Part shown: positions 37,393 through 47,460 of the stretch, one piece after another
Layout of the letters: every line of letters starts with the position of its first letter
How positions within the stretch are numbered: the stretch's first letter is position 1
DNA from: Dehalococcoidia bacterium
GTDB taxonomy: Bacteria > Chloroflexota > Dehalococcoidia > Lucifugimonadales > JADFKI01
DNA: 64,000 nt
Reading direction: 5' to 3'
Assembly (NCBI GenBank): GCA_963422525.1
Contig: OY730226.1
Coordinates: 1,368,524 to 1,432,523 of the forward strand
Translations under genes and position numbers: made by a program
The notes under the pieces: generated by a model
What the model was told of the DNA's origin: nothing
Database searches by the model: none
The model's input: only the letters and a program-made list of their open reading frames with translations

Positions 37393-38441
37393 TTCAGCTC
37401 CGACATGACTGCATCCGCGAAAAGTTGCATGGATGTTTTAACCTCATCATTTGTCAGACGACCGCGTCGGTTGAACTCGAGGATGCACTGCGCCATTCCG
37501 GGAAGCGAGGCGCCGAGATTTCTGAGCTGCTCGGCGCACCCGTCGGGATCGTCGTAGATGGAATACTTTAGCGCTTCCTGGAAGTTCCATGTAGCCCAAC
37601 CCCCAACGCCGCTGGTGAAGCTGTGGCGCGCGGATCCGACTGCCGACGCTGTCGCGTCCGGAGCCGTGTTGGCCACATCGTTGTCGCGCCAGTTCCGCGC
37701 CATAAGGCTGTGAGCCTTCTCTCTGCTTTCAGCCACAAAGAACGATATGTTCACATGGAAGGGCTGCGAATGGTCGGCTCCATCATTAGGCTTCGCCTCC
37801 TGGAACGCTCGAAGCCGATCTATCATGCGCGGCATAGGCTGGCTGAGAGTAGTGCCGATTACGCCGAGCCCAAGTTTGGCGGCGTATGGAAAGGTTTCAT
37901 CGCTGTTTGCGGCGAGCAGCAAGGGCGGATATGGTTGCTGCTGCGGCTTGGGCATTACCAGCAGGTCGTTCATCCCCCAGTACTTGCCCTCGAAGGTGGC
38001 GCGCTCCTGAGTCCAGGCGGCTTTTAGCAGTCGGATGCCTTCGGCGACGCGCGCGCGGCTCTCTTCGCTGCTAGTGTCCGATGCGTGCCCGAAAGCTTGG
38101 CCGGCAGGCGAGCCCCAGCGTCCGCCGAGGCAGAGGTCGAGCCTTCCATTGGTCAGTATGTCGCAGGTGGCGGCTTGCGTTGCCATGTGGATGGGGTGGT
38201 GCAGCGGGAACTGCGCCGCCAGCGTTCCGAACCGAATTTGCGGCGCATGCTGAGCCGCTGCGGACGCCACCATCAGCGGATTGGACAGCGGGCGTCCCGG
38301 AAAGAAGACCGACTCGGCGAGCCATGCCGTCTCGAATCCGAGTTTGTCGGCTAACGCTATCTGCTCGATAGTTTCCCAGTGGCGGCGCTGCACGGAAGAA
38401 CCTACGAACCCCGGCACCTGCCAAAACGCTCCAAATCGCAC
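37389..38441 (-). CDS. LLM-class (luciferase-like) flavin-dependent oxidoreductase
   Basis: MRFGAFW...LGFETAWLAESVFFPGRP N-terminus and overall TIM-barrel LLM pattern. 350 aa. Confidence 0.85.
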   Translation of the reverse strand: MRFGAFWQVPGFVGSSVQRRHWETIEQIALADKLGFETAWLAESVFFPGRPLSNPLMVASAAAQHAPQIRFGTLAAQFPLHHPIHMATQAATCDILTNGRLDLCLGGRWGSPAGQAFGHASDTSSEESRARVAEGIRLLKAAWTQERATFEGKYWGMNDLLVMPKPQQQPYPPLLLAANSDETFPYAAKLGLGVIGTTLSQPMPRMIDRLRAFQEAKPNDGADHSQPFHVNISFFVAESREKAHSLMARNWRDNDVANTAPDATASAVGSARHSFTSGVGGWATWNFQEALKYSIYDDPDGCAEQLRNLGASLPGMAQCILEFNRRGRLTNDEVKTSMQLFADAVMSELK

Positions 38442-38500
38442 TTAGTCAGCTCCTTCTAGTCCTCAATCCTTTGCCGTATGTGGCAAACGGCGCGCCGTCG

Positions 38501-38947
38501 CTACGGCAGTCTGATACTCAGGCAATCCTCGAGCAGCACGCCGGTTACGACCTCCATACGGTCGCGCCAGTCTGCCAATTCCAAAAGCCCTTCGAGCGTA
38601 TAGTTGCCCCACCGCGTTTCTTGCGGAGTAGGCCTGCCGCCCATCACTAGCGCCGCTATGTTCGCGTTCATCAACGCGCCGCAGCACATTGGACACGGCT
38701 CGAATGTCGTGTACAGCGTCGAACCCGACATGTCGTCGGCGCCCAGAATAGGCGCCGCCTTCCGGAGCGCCACCGTTTCGGCGTGCGCCGTAGGGTCGTG
38801 CGTGGTAAGCGCTAGATTGCGTCCGCGAGCCACCAACTCCCCATCCTTGACAATCACAGAGCCAACGCCGACATTTCCTTCGGCGGCGGCTCGACGCGCT
38901 TCCTCGAGCGCCATTCTCATGAACCCTTCATGTTCCTTCGAACTCAT
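38501..38947 (-). CDS. CMP/dCMP-type zinc deaminase (TadA/guanine-deaminase-like)
   Basis: HAE...PCPMCCGAL zinc-binding signature (HAETVALRKA, EPCPMCCGAL). I prefer the ATG at 38947 (MSSKEHEGFMRMALEEA). Confidence 0.8.
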   Translation of the reverse strand: MSSKEHEGFMRMALEEARRAAAEGNVGVGSVIVKDGELVARGRNLALTTHDPTAHAETVALRKAAPILGADDMSGSTLYTTFEPCPMCCGALMNANIAALVMGGRPTPQETRWGNYTLEGLLELADWRDRMEVVTGVLLEDCLSIRLP

Positions 38948-39139
38948 ACTTGCCCTCCTCTGCGTACAGCGTCGCCCGAACAACTTTTATCTTGTGTCGG
39001 GTTGAACCTGAAATCTTAGCAGCGTCAGCCCGGCAGCGCGTCGGTTCGCTGCCATCAATGTCGTTCGTTGTCGCATACTATCATATTCGGCACGCCGTAT
39101 CTGTGATTACGGCGCTTCAAATGTGAGATGCAATGCTTG

Positions 39140-39168
39140 TTGACTTGCGTTCTAATATGTTCTAATAT
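39140..39168 (+). promoter_or_regulatory. putative radA promoter overlapping a perfect tandem direct repeat
   Basis: -35 TTGACT (39140-39145), 17-nt spacer, -10 TAATAT (39163-39168). GTTCTAATAT occurs twice back-to-back (about 39150-39169) across the spacer and -10. Confidence 0.45.
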
Positions 39169-39240
39169 ATGCGGCATGAAATAAGAACGTTCGTAGCGGC
39201 AATGAATATGCTGTATTGGTTCACGAAGGAGATGCGTGCG

Positions 39241-40629
39241 ATGCTGAAAGCTAAGTCAAAGACAGAGTTTGTCTGCACATCTTGCGAGAACGTAAGCCTC
39301 AAGTGGGAAGGGCAGTGCAGGGGCTGCAGCGCATGGAACACCATCATCGAGCGGCATGATGCGGGACGTTACGGCTGGCTGCGCGCCGATACGCAAGCCG
39401 CCGTCCACCTCGTAGATGCTTCTGCCGAAGATCTTCCTCGCATGCCGCTGTCCTCGAATGAAGTCAACCGGGTGCTTGGAGGGGGCGTTGTGCCCGGCTC
39501 ACTTGTGCTTCTTGCCGGCGACCCGGGCATAGGCAAGTCAACGCTGCTGCTTCAACTTGCTGCAGAAGTCGCGGACGAGCGGGCGTCCGTGTACTATGTT
39601 ACCGGTGAGGAGTCCGTCTCACAGGTCAAGATGCGCGCCGACAGGCTTGGCATAAGCGGCCGGAACCTTTATGTCCTGACGCAGACGAACATCGAAGAAA
39701 CATTGACATGTCTGGACCGTCAGCGTCCTGCGCTCGCGGTCATAGACTCTATTCAGACGATGTACGACCCTTCGCTGTCTTCGCAGCCCGGCAATGTAGC
39801 GCAGATTCGCGAGTGCGCGCGCAGGCTGCTTGAATGGGGCAAAGCGAACAATGTGCCGCTGATTCTGACCGGCCATGTAACTAAGGGTGGCGACATAGCG
39901 GGGCCCCGTGTGCTTGAACATATGGTGGATGTCGCGCTTTACATGGAAGGCGACGCCGTAAATTCATGGCGGTTGCTGCGCGGCGTTAAGAACCGCTTCG
40001 GCTCTACAAACGAAGTCGGCGTGCTTGAGATGACCAGCACAGGTTTGCGCGATGTACAAGACCCATCCGAAATCTTCCTGCTCGACAGGCCTAAGCACGC
40101 GGTAGGATCTGTCGTCGTTCCCGTGCTTGAGGGCAACCGCGCGCTTCTTGTGGAAATTCAAGCGCTCACTGCGCCATCCACAATCCCCACACCTCGCCGC
40201 ATCGCTACCGGCTTTGACGCTCACCGCCTGCTGCTAGTCTGCTCGGTGATTATGCGCACCGCCGGCATCCCGCTGTCCAACTTCGATGTGATTGTGAATG
40301 TTACCGGCGGCCTAAAGATTTCTGAGCCTGCCGCCGACCTTGGCGTCGCGCTTGCCATCGCTTCCAGCTTCCGCAATGTCCCCGTCGGCATGGACTTGGC
40401 GGCAGTCGGCGAAGTGGGACTGAGCGGCGAGATTCGCCGTGCGCCACAGATCGAACGGCGTGTCAAGGAGGCATCGCGTTTGGGCTTTCGCAAGTGTCTT
40501 GTGCCCGCCAACACTGACGATAGAGCCTCCGGCCCTGAGACGCTTCACTACGAAAGAGTTGACACACTCGCACAGGCGATTAACATGTGGCTGCCGATGA
40601 CGCGAAGCATCACCGAAGCAGTCGCATGA
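39241..40629 (+). CDS. radA: DNA repair protein RadA/Sms
   Basis: N-terminal zinc finger CTSCENVSLKWEGQCRGCSAW, Walker A GDPGIGKST, KNRFG motif, Lon-like C-terminal domain. The ATG at 39241 follows AAGGAG. Confidence 0.93.
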   Translation: MLKAKSKTEFVCTSCENVSLKWEGQCRGCSAWNTIIERHDAGRYGWLRADTQAAVHLVDASAEDLPRMPLSSNEVNRVLGGGVVPGSLVLLAGDPGIGKSTLLLQLAAEVADERASVYYVTGEESVSQVKMRADRLGISGRNLYVLTQTNIEETLTCLDRQRPALAVIDSIQTMYDPSLSSQPGNVAQIRECARRLLEWGKANNVPLILTGHVTKGGDIAGPRVLEHMVDVALYMEGDAVNSWRLLRGVKNRFGSTNEVGVLEMTSTGLRDVQDPSEIFLLDRPKHAVGSVVVPVLEGNRALLVEIQALTAPSTIPTPRRIATGFDAHRLLLVCSVIMRTAGIPLSNFDVIVNVTGGLKISEPAADLGVALAIASSFRNVPVGMDLAAVGEVGLSGEIRRAPQIERRVKEASRLGFRKCLVPANTDDRASGPETLHYERVDTLAQAINMWLPMTRSITEAVA

Positions 40630-40686
40630 TGGCGCATCATACCTTGAATCGTGTCGAACTTGTTATCTCCCGCTAGGAGGCCCAAT

Positions 40687-41880
40687 TTGACCAGCGCATA
40701 TTTTCAGTGCATAGGCGGCGCGAGCGGCGACATGATACTAGGCGCGCTTCTGGACGCCGGGCTGTCGCCGGACGACCTGCGAGACGCGCTTGCCAAGCTG
40801 GATACGGACGGCTATTCGCTTAGGGCGCAGCGCGCGCAGCGCGGCGGTCTTGAGGGAACGCATCTGGTCGTTGAGCTTGAGGGGCGCGGTCACAGAACTC
40901 ACACCATTCAAAACTTCGTCGATATAGTTCAAGCCTCCGGTCTATCCGACGGCGTCGTGCGCCTATCGAGCGCCGTCTTCAACCGCATTGGTGAAGCGGA
41001 GGCGAGGGTTCACGGCGCTGCTCCGGGCGAAACGCACTTGCACGAGCTCGGCACTTTGGACACCCTCGTCGATGTCGTCGGCGCTGTTGCCGGCTTGGAG
41101 ATGCTCGGTGTCAGGCGTATCTATTGCTCCCCGTTTCCCAGCGGCTCAGGCGTCGTCAGGACGCAGCATGGACTATTGCCAGTGCCTGCGCCCGCCACCG
41201 CTAACCTGTTCGCTATGGCAAATGCGCCGGTTGCCGCACCCCCGAACAATGCTCACAACACGGGCGAGATGGTAACGCCGACCGGAGCTGCGATACTCAC
41301 CACCCTGGCGACATTCGCGCACCCCGAAATCAGTGTTGACCGCATCGGATACGGGTTGGGCACGCGCGATCCTGAGCAGTATCCGAATGCCCTGGCGCTT
41401 TGGCTTGGCAGCGAAACGTCCGCCGCTTACAGCGCGGGCGTAAAGCTTATAGAGACCAATATAGACGACATGAGCGGCGAACTATTGGGATATGTGCAGG
41501 AGCGCCTGTTTGAGATGGGCGCGCGCGATGTTTGGTTCACGCCAATCCAGATGAAGAAGAACCGCCCGGCTTCGATGCTCAGCATCATCGTGTCAGCCGA
41601 CAAAGAAGCCGAAGCGGTGGACATCGTTATGCGGCAGACATCCACGCTTGGCGTGCGTGTGCGTCAGCTGGAGCGAATCGAAGCCGAGCGCCAAGTAGTG
41701 AGTATAGACACTTCGCTCGGCAGCGTCGCCGTCAAGGTGAAACGACTGGACGGCAGCGTCGTAGCCGTGTCCCCGGAGTATGAGGATGCCCGCCGCAGCG
41801 CCATGGAACACAGCATGCCACTGCAAGAGGTGTACAACCTCATACAGCGCGAAGCGGCGCGCCAATTTCTGCTGCCGTAG
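40687..41880 (+). CDS. larC: LarC-family nickel insertion protein (NPN cofactor nickel insertase, DUF111)
   Basis: N-terminal YFQCIGGASGDMILGALLDAG, HGAAPGETHLHELGTLDTLVDVVG, and the C-terminal LarC2-like part in the same frame. I prefer the TTG at 40687 after AGGAGG. Confidence 0.85.
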   Translation: MTSAYFQCIGGASGDMILGALLDAGLSPDDLRDALAKLDTDGYSLRAQRAQRGGLEGTHLVVELEGRGHRTHTIQNFVDIVQASGLSDGVVRLSSAVFNRIGEAEARVHGAAPGETHLHELGTLDTLVDVVGAVAGLEMLGVRRIYCSPFPSGSGVVRTQHGLLPVPAPATANLFAMANAPVAAPPNNAHNTGEMVTPTGAAILTTLATFAHPEISVDRIGYGLGTRDPEQYPNALALWLGSETSAAYSAGVKLIETNIDDMSGELLGYVQERLFEMGARDVWFTPIQMKKNRPASMLSIIVSADKEAEAVDIVMRQTSTLGVRVRQLERIEAERQVVSIDTSLGSVAVKVKRLDGSVVAVSPEYEDARRSAMEHSMPLQEVYNLIQREAARQFLLP

Positions 41881-42000
41881 CCACAGGAGTTTGCTCCTGC
41901 AGGCTGCCTCATCGAGGTAAGCGAATTCCCTCCTTAGTGAGGCTGTTGAACGAAGCGATCCTTTGCATCTTGCAAATTTGATTAACCTCGCCAAAAATTC

Positions 42001-42030
42001 TTGACCGCCATCACACTCTTTGGTTACAAT
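42001..42030 (+). promoter_or_regulatory. putative promoter of the tRNA-tuf operon
   Basis: -35 TTGACC (42001-42006), 18-nt spacer, -10 TACAAT (42025-42030), A-rich tract upstream. About 80 nt before the first tRNA. Confidence 0.5.
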
Positions 42031-42109
42031 GTAGTTTGAACTTGGGTTAGCGCCTGCTGTCAGTCTGCTAACCTGATTTTGTGTTAGGATTGCAATCGTT
42101 CGCAACAGT

Positions 42110-42183
42110 GCCCCAGTGGCGCAACTGGCAGCGCAGCCGACTTGTAATCGGCAGGTTAGTGGGTTCGAGTCCCCTCTGGGGCT
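42110..42183 (+). tRNA. tRNA-Thr (anticodon UGU)
   Basis: Manual cloverleaf: acceptor GCCCCAG/CTGGGGC, D stem GCGC/GCGC, anticodon stem GCCGA/TCGGC with loop CTTGTAA. The T arm GTGGG-TTCGAGT-CCCCT has one mismatch. Confidence 0.85.
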
Positions 42184-42306
42184 TTTCTCTATTACAGCAT
42201 TGCATCGGCTTTCCGCGATGCGAGTTCGGCGTCCGAACAGGGCGCTTTTGCTTGGATTGGGCAGGATGCCTGTGATAGACTGAAAATAGTTGTCCTGTAG
42301 TCTCCT

Positions 42307-42393
42307 GGAGGGATGGGAGAGTGGCTAAATCCACCAGACTGTAAATCTGGCGCCCGACGGGCTACGCAGGTTCGAATCCTGCTCCCTCCACCA
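42307..42393 (+). tRNA. tRNA-Tyr (anticodon GUA), long variable arm, CCA encoded
   Basis: Acceptor GGAGGGA/TCCCTCC, anticodon arm CCAGA-CTGTAAA-TCTGG, T arm GCAGG-TTCGAAT-CCTGC, 3' ACCA. Confidence 0.93.
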
Positions 42394-42442
42394 TCCAAGT
42401 GGTAAGTTCACCGAAAAATCAAGCATCACAAAATCAACATTG

Positions 42443-42515
42443 GCCCACATAGCTCAGTAGGTAGAGCGCGTTCTTGGTAAGAACGAGGTCAGCAGTTCGA
42501 GTCTGCTTGTGGGCT
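42443..42515 (+). tRNA. tRNA-Thr (anticodon GGU)
   Basis: Acceptor GCCCACA/TGTGGGC, TAGCTCAGTAGGTAGAGC D arm, anticodon arm CGTTC-TTGGTAA-GAACG, T arm AGCAG-TTCGAGT-CTGCT. Confidence 0.93.
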
Positions 42516-42541
42516 CCATAATTGGAGGAAAAGAACAGGAA

Positions 42542-43741
42542 ATGGCTAAGCAAAGGTTCGAGCGAACTAAACCGCATATCAATGTTGGCACGATTGGACA
42601 TGTTGACCACGGCAAGACCACGCTCACGGCTGCAATCACGAAAGTGCTGAGTTCCGCCGGGCTCGCTGATTTCAGGGCTTTCGACAGTATCGACAACGCC
42701 CCCGAAGAGAAAGAGCGCGGCGTTACCATCGCCATTCAGCATGTGGAATACGAGACCGATACTCGCCACTACGCCCATGTGGATTGCCCGGGCCACGCCG
42801 ACTACATCAAGAACATGATTACCGGCGCGGCGCAGATGGACGGCGCTATCCTCGTTGTCAGCGCGCCCGACGGCGCTATGCCACAGACGCGCGAGCACAT
42901 CTTGCTCGCACGACAGGTGGAAGTGCCCGCCATGGTTATCGCACTCAACAAGGTTGACGCGATGGATGACGAGGAACTTCTGGAGCTTGTTGAGCTTGAA
43001 CTTCGTGAGCTTCTCACCGAGTACGGCTTCGACGGCGATGAAATCCCCATCATCCGCGTTAGCGCGCTCAACGCCCTTGAAGCCGAAGATACCGGACGCG
43101 ACTCCGAGTGGGGCAAGGGTATCTGGGAGCTTATGGACGCGGTTGACGAATATATCCCGATGCCGGAAAGGCCCAGGGATCAGCCCTTCCTTATGCCCAT
43201 CGAGGACGTGTTCAGCATTAAGGGTCGCGGCACGGTCGTAACCGGGCGCGTCGAGAAGGGGATGGTTAAGGTTGGCGACCAGGTTGAGATTGTCGGCATC
43301 AAGGATACATCCACAACTACCGTTACCGGCGTGGAGATGTTCCACAAGCTGATGGACGAAGCAGAGCCGGGAGATGCCGTTGGCGTGCTCCTGCGTGGCG
43401 TGGACCGCGACGACGTCGAGCGCGGACAGGTACTCGCCGCCCCAGGCAGCATCCTGCCGCACAAGGACTACGAAGCGCAGGTTTATGTGCTTAGTAAGGA
43501 TGAGGGCGGTCGGCACACGCCTTTCTTCAACGGCTACAAGCCGCAGTTCTTCATCCGAACGACCGATGTAACCGGTGAGATTCAGCTGCCCGGTGGCACT
43601 GAGATGGTGATGCCCGGCGACAACATCGAGATGAATGTCAAACTCATCACGCCGGTCGCCGCCGATGAACAGCTTCGCTTCGCAGTGCGCGAGGGCGGGC
43701 GCACCGTCGGCTCCGGCGTCATTACCAGAATTAACGATTAA
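42542..43741 (+). CDS. tuf: elongation factor Tu
   Basis: [27 protein letters not shown]. The ATG at 42542 follows GGAGGA. The track start at 42509 lies inside the tRNA. Confidence 0.97.
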   Translation: MAKQRFERTKPHINVGTIGHVDHGKTTLTAAITKVLSSAGLADFRAFDSIDNAPEEKERGVTIAIQHVEYETDTRHYAHVDCPGHADYIKNMITGAAQMDGAILVVSAPDGAMPQTREHILLARQVEVPAMVIALNKVDAMDDEELLELVELELRELLTEYGFDGDEIPIIRVSALNALEAEDTGRDSEWGKGIWELMDAVDEYIPMPERPRDQPFLMPIEDVFSIKGRGTVVTGRVEKGMVKVGDQVEIVGIKDTSTTTVTGVEMFHKLMDEAEPGDAVGVLLRGVDRDDVERGQVLAAPGSILPHKDYEAQVYVLSKDEGGRHTPFFNGYKPQFFIRTTDVTGEIQLPGGTEMVMPGDNIEMNVKLITPVAADEQLRFAVREGGRTVGSGVITRIND

Positions 43742-43880
43742 GCCAATTGCAATGATTGAGGGGTTGTGGTGGCTCATCACAGCCCTACTTCTTGGAAGGC
43801 AGCCTTGCAATTCAGGTGATTGGAGGAAACAATCCGTTCACCTTTATTAAGGATTAGCCTTTTCATATGGGGACGAAAAG

Positions 43881-44048
43881 ATGGCTCGAAGGGCGGAAAA
43901 CCGCATCATTATCAATCTCGGTTGTGTAGATTGCCGTGAACGCACCTACCACTCGACTAAGAACCGCCGCAACGACCCTCAGCGTGTAGAGCTGAAGAAG
44001 TTCTGTCCCAGGTGCAGGGTGCATACGTTGCATAGGGAAGTCAGGTAG
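43881..44048 (+). CDS. rpmG: 50S ribosomal protein L33 (zinc-ribbon form)
   Basis: Not in the ORF track because it is only 55 aa. Manual translation: [55 protein letters not shown]. CxxC...CxxC motif, and the canonical position between tuf and secE. Confidence 0.9.
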   Translation: MARRAENRIIINLGCVDCRERTYHSTKNRRNDPQRVELKKFCPRCRVHTLHREVR

Positions 44049-44054
44049 GCAAGT

Positions 44055-44291
44055 ATGGCAACGAACCCCGGCGCCCAAAGACGCTTCGGAAACCGCGCAT
44101 CGCGCAGAGTTTCAAGATTCGCTGCTGTTGGCGGAATAATCACTGAACTTCGCGGGGTAACGTGGCCCTCACGCGAAGAGACATTCCGGCTCTCCGTGAT
44201 GGTTATTGCGGTGGCGGCGGCCGTTGGCGTGTTTCTTGGCGTCGTTGACCTCGGATTTTCCAGATTCTTCGACATCATCTTGCGGAAATAG
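44055..44291 (+). CDS. secE: preprotein translocase subunit SecE
   Basis: 78 aa. ELRGVTWPSREET motif followed by a single C-terminal TM helix. Canonical position before nusG. Confidence 0.85.
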   Translation: MATNPGAQRRFGNRASRRVSRFAAVGGIITELRGVTWPSREETFRLSVMVIAVAAAVGVFLGVVDLGFSRFFDIILRK

Positions 44292-44299
44292 CGCATACC

Positions 44300-44863
44300 A
44301 TGAACAAAGTTGACGAAACCGAAGCCCCTCGCTGGTATGTGCTGCACGCATACTCTGGCCACGAGAACCGCGTAAAGCAGAATCTCGAACAGCGCGTCGC
44401 CAACATGGACATGGGCGACCGTATTCTTGAAGTCTTCGTGCCAAAGGAAGACGAAGTTGAGATTCAAGGCGGTCAGCGTAAGACGGTGTCACAGCGCGTC
44501 TTTCCGGGCTATATCTTCGTTCACATGCGCATGGACGACGAAAGCTGGCACATCGTCCGAAACACGCCCGGCGTAACAGGCTTCGTTTCGGCGGAAGACG
44601 ACAGAGAATCCCGCCCCAGGCCCGTGCCGCTGGATGAGCGCGAGGAAGGCGCTATCCTTGCCTTCAAGGACACCGATCAGCCGCGCGTGCGCGTCGGCTT
44701 CACTCAGGGACAGGCTGTGCGCATCACAGACGGACCTTTCGTGGACTTTATGGGCGTTGTGGACGAGGTGCACGCTGACAGGACCAAGCTAAAGGTACTC
44801 GTGTCCTTCTTCGGACGCGAAACTCCGGTCGAGCTGGACTTCCTGCAAGTCGAACGCGCCTAG
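44300..44863 (+). CDS. nusG: transcription termination/antitermination factor NusG
   Basis: [22 protein letters not shown] domain and C-terminal KOW ([21 protein letters not shown]). Confidence 0.95.
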   Translation: MNKVDETEAPRWYVLHAYSGHENRVKQNLEQRVANMDMGDRILEVFVPKEDEVEIQGGQRKTVSQRVFPGYIFVHMRMDDESWHIVRNTPGVTGFVSAEDDRESRPRPVPLDEREEGAILAFKDTDQPRVRVGFTQGQAVRITDGPFVDFMGVVDEVHADRTKLKVLVSFFGRETPVELDFLQVERA

Positions 44864-44965
44864 CAGAGGAATCTAGAACGAAGCCGTTCTCAGTTCCTAT
44901 ACTGCGGTGTATGTAAAGGCTAAAATTGGGACAGCGCACAACCCCTTTTATCAAAGGACAAAATT

Positions 44966-45391
44966 TTGGCAAAGAAAGTAATGACAGTAATCAAGCTCCA
45001 AATTAACGCTGGCAAAGCGACGCCTGCGCCGCCCGTCGGCCCTGCGCTAGGACAGCACGGCGTCAACATTATGGGCTTCGTAAAGGAGTACAACGAGCGC
45101 ACCGCTTCACAGACAGGAAACATCGTCCCGGTGGAGATAACCGTTTTCGAAGACCGCTCGTTCAACTTCATAACGAAAAGCCCGCCGGCGTCCGACTTGC
45201 TCAGGAAAGCGGCAGGCGTCGAGAAGGGCAGCGGCAATCCTCTTGCGGAAAAAGTCGCCCGCATTCCCAGAGACAGGGTACGCGAAATCGCCGAAATGAA
45301 GATGACTGATCTCAACGCCGCTGACCTCGAAGGCGCTATTCGCATCATCGAGGGCACAGCGCGCAGCATGGGCATCGAAGTGCAGCGTTAG
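44966..45391 (+). CDS. rplK: 50S ribosomal protein L11
   Basis: [33 protein letters not shown] start. Confidence 0.97.
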   Translation: MAKKVMTVIKLQINAGKATPAPPVGPALGQHGVNIMGFVKEYNERTASQTGNIVPVEITVFEDRSFNFITKSPPASDLLRKAAGVEKGSGNPLAEKVARIPRDRVREIAEMKMTDLNAADLEGAIRIIEGTARSMGIEVQR

Positions 45392-45409
45392 CTCGAATAG
45401 GACATTACA

Positions 45410-46123
45410 ATGCCTAAACATGGAAAGCGGCACATCAACGCCGCAGACGCAATCGAAAAAGACTTCGAATACCAGCCGGAGGAAGCGGTCTCGCTTGCCA
45501 AGACCAACGCCACCGCCAAGTTCGACGAAACGGTCGAGCTGCACCTCCGTACCGGCGCCGACCCACGCCACGCCGACCAGATGATTCGCGGCGTTGCATT
45601 GTTGCCCCACGGCGTCGGCAAAAATGTCCGCGTAACCGTCTTCACGCAGGGCGAAGCGGTCGCAATCGCCGAAGAGGCGGGCGCCGATTTCGTCGGATCT
45701 GACGAACTGATCAAGCGCGTCGAGGACGGATGGGTAGATTTCGACGTGTCTATAGCAACCCCTGACATGATGGGCAGAATCGGCAGGCTAGGCCGCTTCC
45801 TTGGCCGCAGAGGCCTGATGCCCAATCCTCGCACCGGGACTGTCGTGCAACCCGAAGAACTTCCGCGCACCATCCGCGAATCCAAGTTGGGTAGGGTAGA
45901 GTACCGCGTTGACCGCACCTCCCTAATCCACGTTCCCATAGGTAAGGCGAGCTTTGAAGTTGATCAGTTGATGGACAACCTCACCGCGCTGATGGATAAT
46001 ATCGTCAGGGCGCGCCCAAGCGGTGTGAAAGGGCAGTACATCAAGACTGCCTACCTCACTACTACTATGGGTCCTAGCGTTAAGGTTGATGTTGCAAGCG
46101 CAAGCGCGCTTAGAGTAGAATAG
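45410..46123 (+). CDS. rplA: 50S ribosomal protein L1
   Basis: 237 aa, typical L1 blocks (KFDETVELHLRTGADPRHADQMIRG). Confidence 0.97.
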   Translation: MPKHGKRHINAADAIEKDFEYQPEEAVSLAKTNATAKFDETVELHLRTGADPRHADQMIRGVALLPHGVGKNVRVTVFTQGEAVAIAEEAGADFVGSDELIKRVEDGWVDFDVSIATPDMMGRIGRLGRFLGRRGLMPNPRTGTVVQPEELPRTIRESKLGRVEYRVDRTSLIHVPIGKASFEVDQLMDNLTALMDNIVRARPSGVKGQYIKTAYLTTTMGPSVKVDVASASALRVE

Positions 46124-46313
46124 ATTAACTGCCGCAGACTGCGGGCCTCCGATAGTCGGAGATAATATGCCAGCCCGTTTAGGCGCTCGTGAACGGTACA
46201 TCACCTGTCATTCCAGACAGTGTTTATGTGCGATGCCCTGAGTCTGCCGTGTCTCAGGGCTTTTTGCTGCCCTAATAACTTAAGTAAGAAGATCAATGTG
46301 ATTGGGGTAAAAA
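46124..46313 (+). promoter_or_regulatory. rplJ (L10) leader region with terminator/attenuator hairpin
   Basis: A 190-nt structured gap. It holds small hairpins ccgcag-a-ctgcgg and ctccga-tag-tcggag. A strong hairpin, gccctgag (46235-46242) with ctcagggc (46253-46260), is followed by TTTTT (46261-46265). The position matches known L10-leader autoregulatory elements. I did not verify the consensus. Confidence 0.45.
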
Positions 46314-46847
46314 TTGCCGACAGACAGAAAAGTAAAAGCAGTTCAGGACATTCAAGAGTGGCTGAACGGCGCGACCATAGTGATTTCGACCAACTATTCC
46401 GGGTTGCCGGTAACGGACATCACGGCTCTTAGGCGCGCCCTGCGAGAGAAGGATGTCAGCTACAAGGTAGTTAAGAACTCACTCGCATATCTTGCCGCCG
46501 ACGGATCAGGTTTGCCTGAGCTGAAAGAGATAATACAAGGGCCGAGCGCAATCGCCTTTGGCTACGGTGAGCCGACAGACCCGGCCAAGGCGCTCTCCGA
46601 CTTCATCCGCCAGACCAGAGCGCCATTGGAAATACGCGGCGCTGTGCTGGAAGGCAGGGTGTTGGACGCTGCGCAGGTCGAGCAACTCGCCAGCCTGCCC
46701 TCCAAAGATGATCTTGTCGCGTTGCTGCTGGCGCGCATGCAGTCGCCCGTTTCGGGCTTGGTGAATGTGCTCAACGGTCCCATCAGCGGCCTCGCACGCG
46801 TGCTGCAAGGTCACATAGATAATCTTCAAGATCAACCCGCAGAGTAA
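46314..46847 (+). CDS. rplJ: 50S ribosomal protein L10
   Basis: 177 aa, a typical L10 sequence, in the canonical position before rplL. Confidence 0.95.
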   Translation: MPTDRKVKAVQDIQEWLNGATIVISTNYSGLPVTDITALRRALREKDVSYKVVKNSLAYLAADGSGLPELKEIIQGPSAIAFGYGEPTDPAKALSDFIRQTRAPLEIRGAVLEGRVLDAAQVEQLASLPSKDDLVALLLARMQSPVSGLVNVLNGPISGLARVLQGHIDNLQDQPAE

Positions 46848-46870
46848 ACATATACCAGGGAGGTTTTTCA

Positions 46871-47254
46871 ATGACGACCAAAGAAGAGATACTGGACGCA
46901 ATCAAGGGACTATCCGTGTTGGAGTTGTCCGAACTCGTAAAGTCGCTTGAGGACGAATTCGGCGTCAGCGCCGCCGCACCCGTGCAGATGGCGACCGTAC
47001 AAGGCGTAGCCGGTACCGCCGAAGCCGCCGCCGAAGAGGAGCAGACCGAGTTCGACGTGACCATTCAGGAGATTGGCCCGCAAAAAATTCAGGTCATCAA
47101 GGCTGTCCGCGAACTCACTACGCTCGGACTTAAAGAGGCGAAGGAACTCGTAGAGAGCGCTCCTGTGGCGGTCAGGGAAGCCATCAATAAGGACGAAGCC
47201 GAAGAGATTAAGGCAAAGCTCGAAGGCGCCGGCGCGGTGGTAGCGGTCAACTAA
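46871..47254 (+). CDS. rplL: 50S ribosomal protein L7/L12
   Basis: 127 aa. Ala-rich hinge and C-terminal [22 protein letters not shown]. Confidence 0.97.
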   Translation: MTTKEEILDAIKGLSVLELSELVKSLEDEFGVSAAAPVQMATVQGVAGTAEAAAEEEQTEFDVTIQEIGPQKIQVIKAVRELTTLGLKEAKELVESAPVAVREAINKDEAEEIKAKLEGAGAVVAVN

Positions 47255-47460
47255 CAGCCGACGAGCGCTCGCTCGAATGCCGTTTCGAGCGAAAAATCCT
47301 ATATCATCAGAGGGCTATGCCCAGAGTGGCGTTCCGAGCATAATTCGGTGTCATTCCGAGCGCGGCGAGGAATCTGAAACCATCCACATCGCAAGTCTCA
47401 AGGTTTCGGGTTCTTCGCCGCAATGCGTCCGCGCATCCTGCAACCGTCCGGTCTGCGCTG

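Noticed and set aside
40651-41880. Programmed frameshift in larC, as in larC1/larC2 of Lactiplantibacillus.
   Set aside because: The gene is a single uninterrupted frame covering both the N-terminal and C-terminal LarC regions, so no frameshift is needed.
41881-42520. Possible integrative element or att site at the tRNA-Thr/Tyr/Thr cluster.
   Set aside because: I saw no integrase, no direct repeat of a tRNA 3' end and no compositional island. The tRNAs are the canonical leader of the tuf-rpmG-secE-nusG-rplKAJL block and have their own promoter.
47255-47460. Rho-independent terminator after rplL (hairpin ctcgaa..ttcgag at about 47270-47290 and palindrome cgagcgctcg).
   Set aside because: The hairpin is followed by an A-tract rather than a T-tract on the plus strand, and the T-tract precedes it on the minus strand. 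It fits neither convergent gene as a canonical intrinsic terminator and more likely belongs to the dispersed tttcgagcgaa repeat family.
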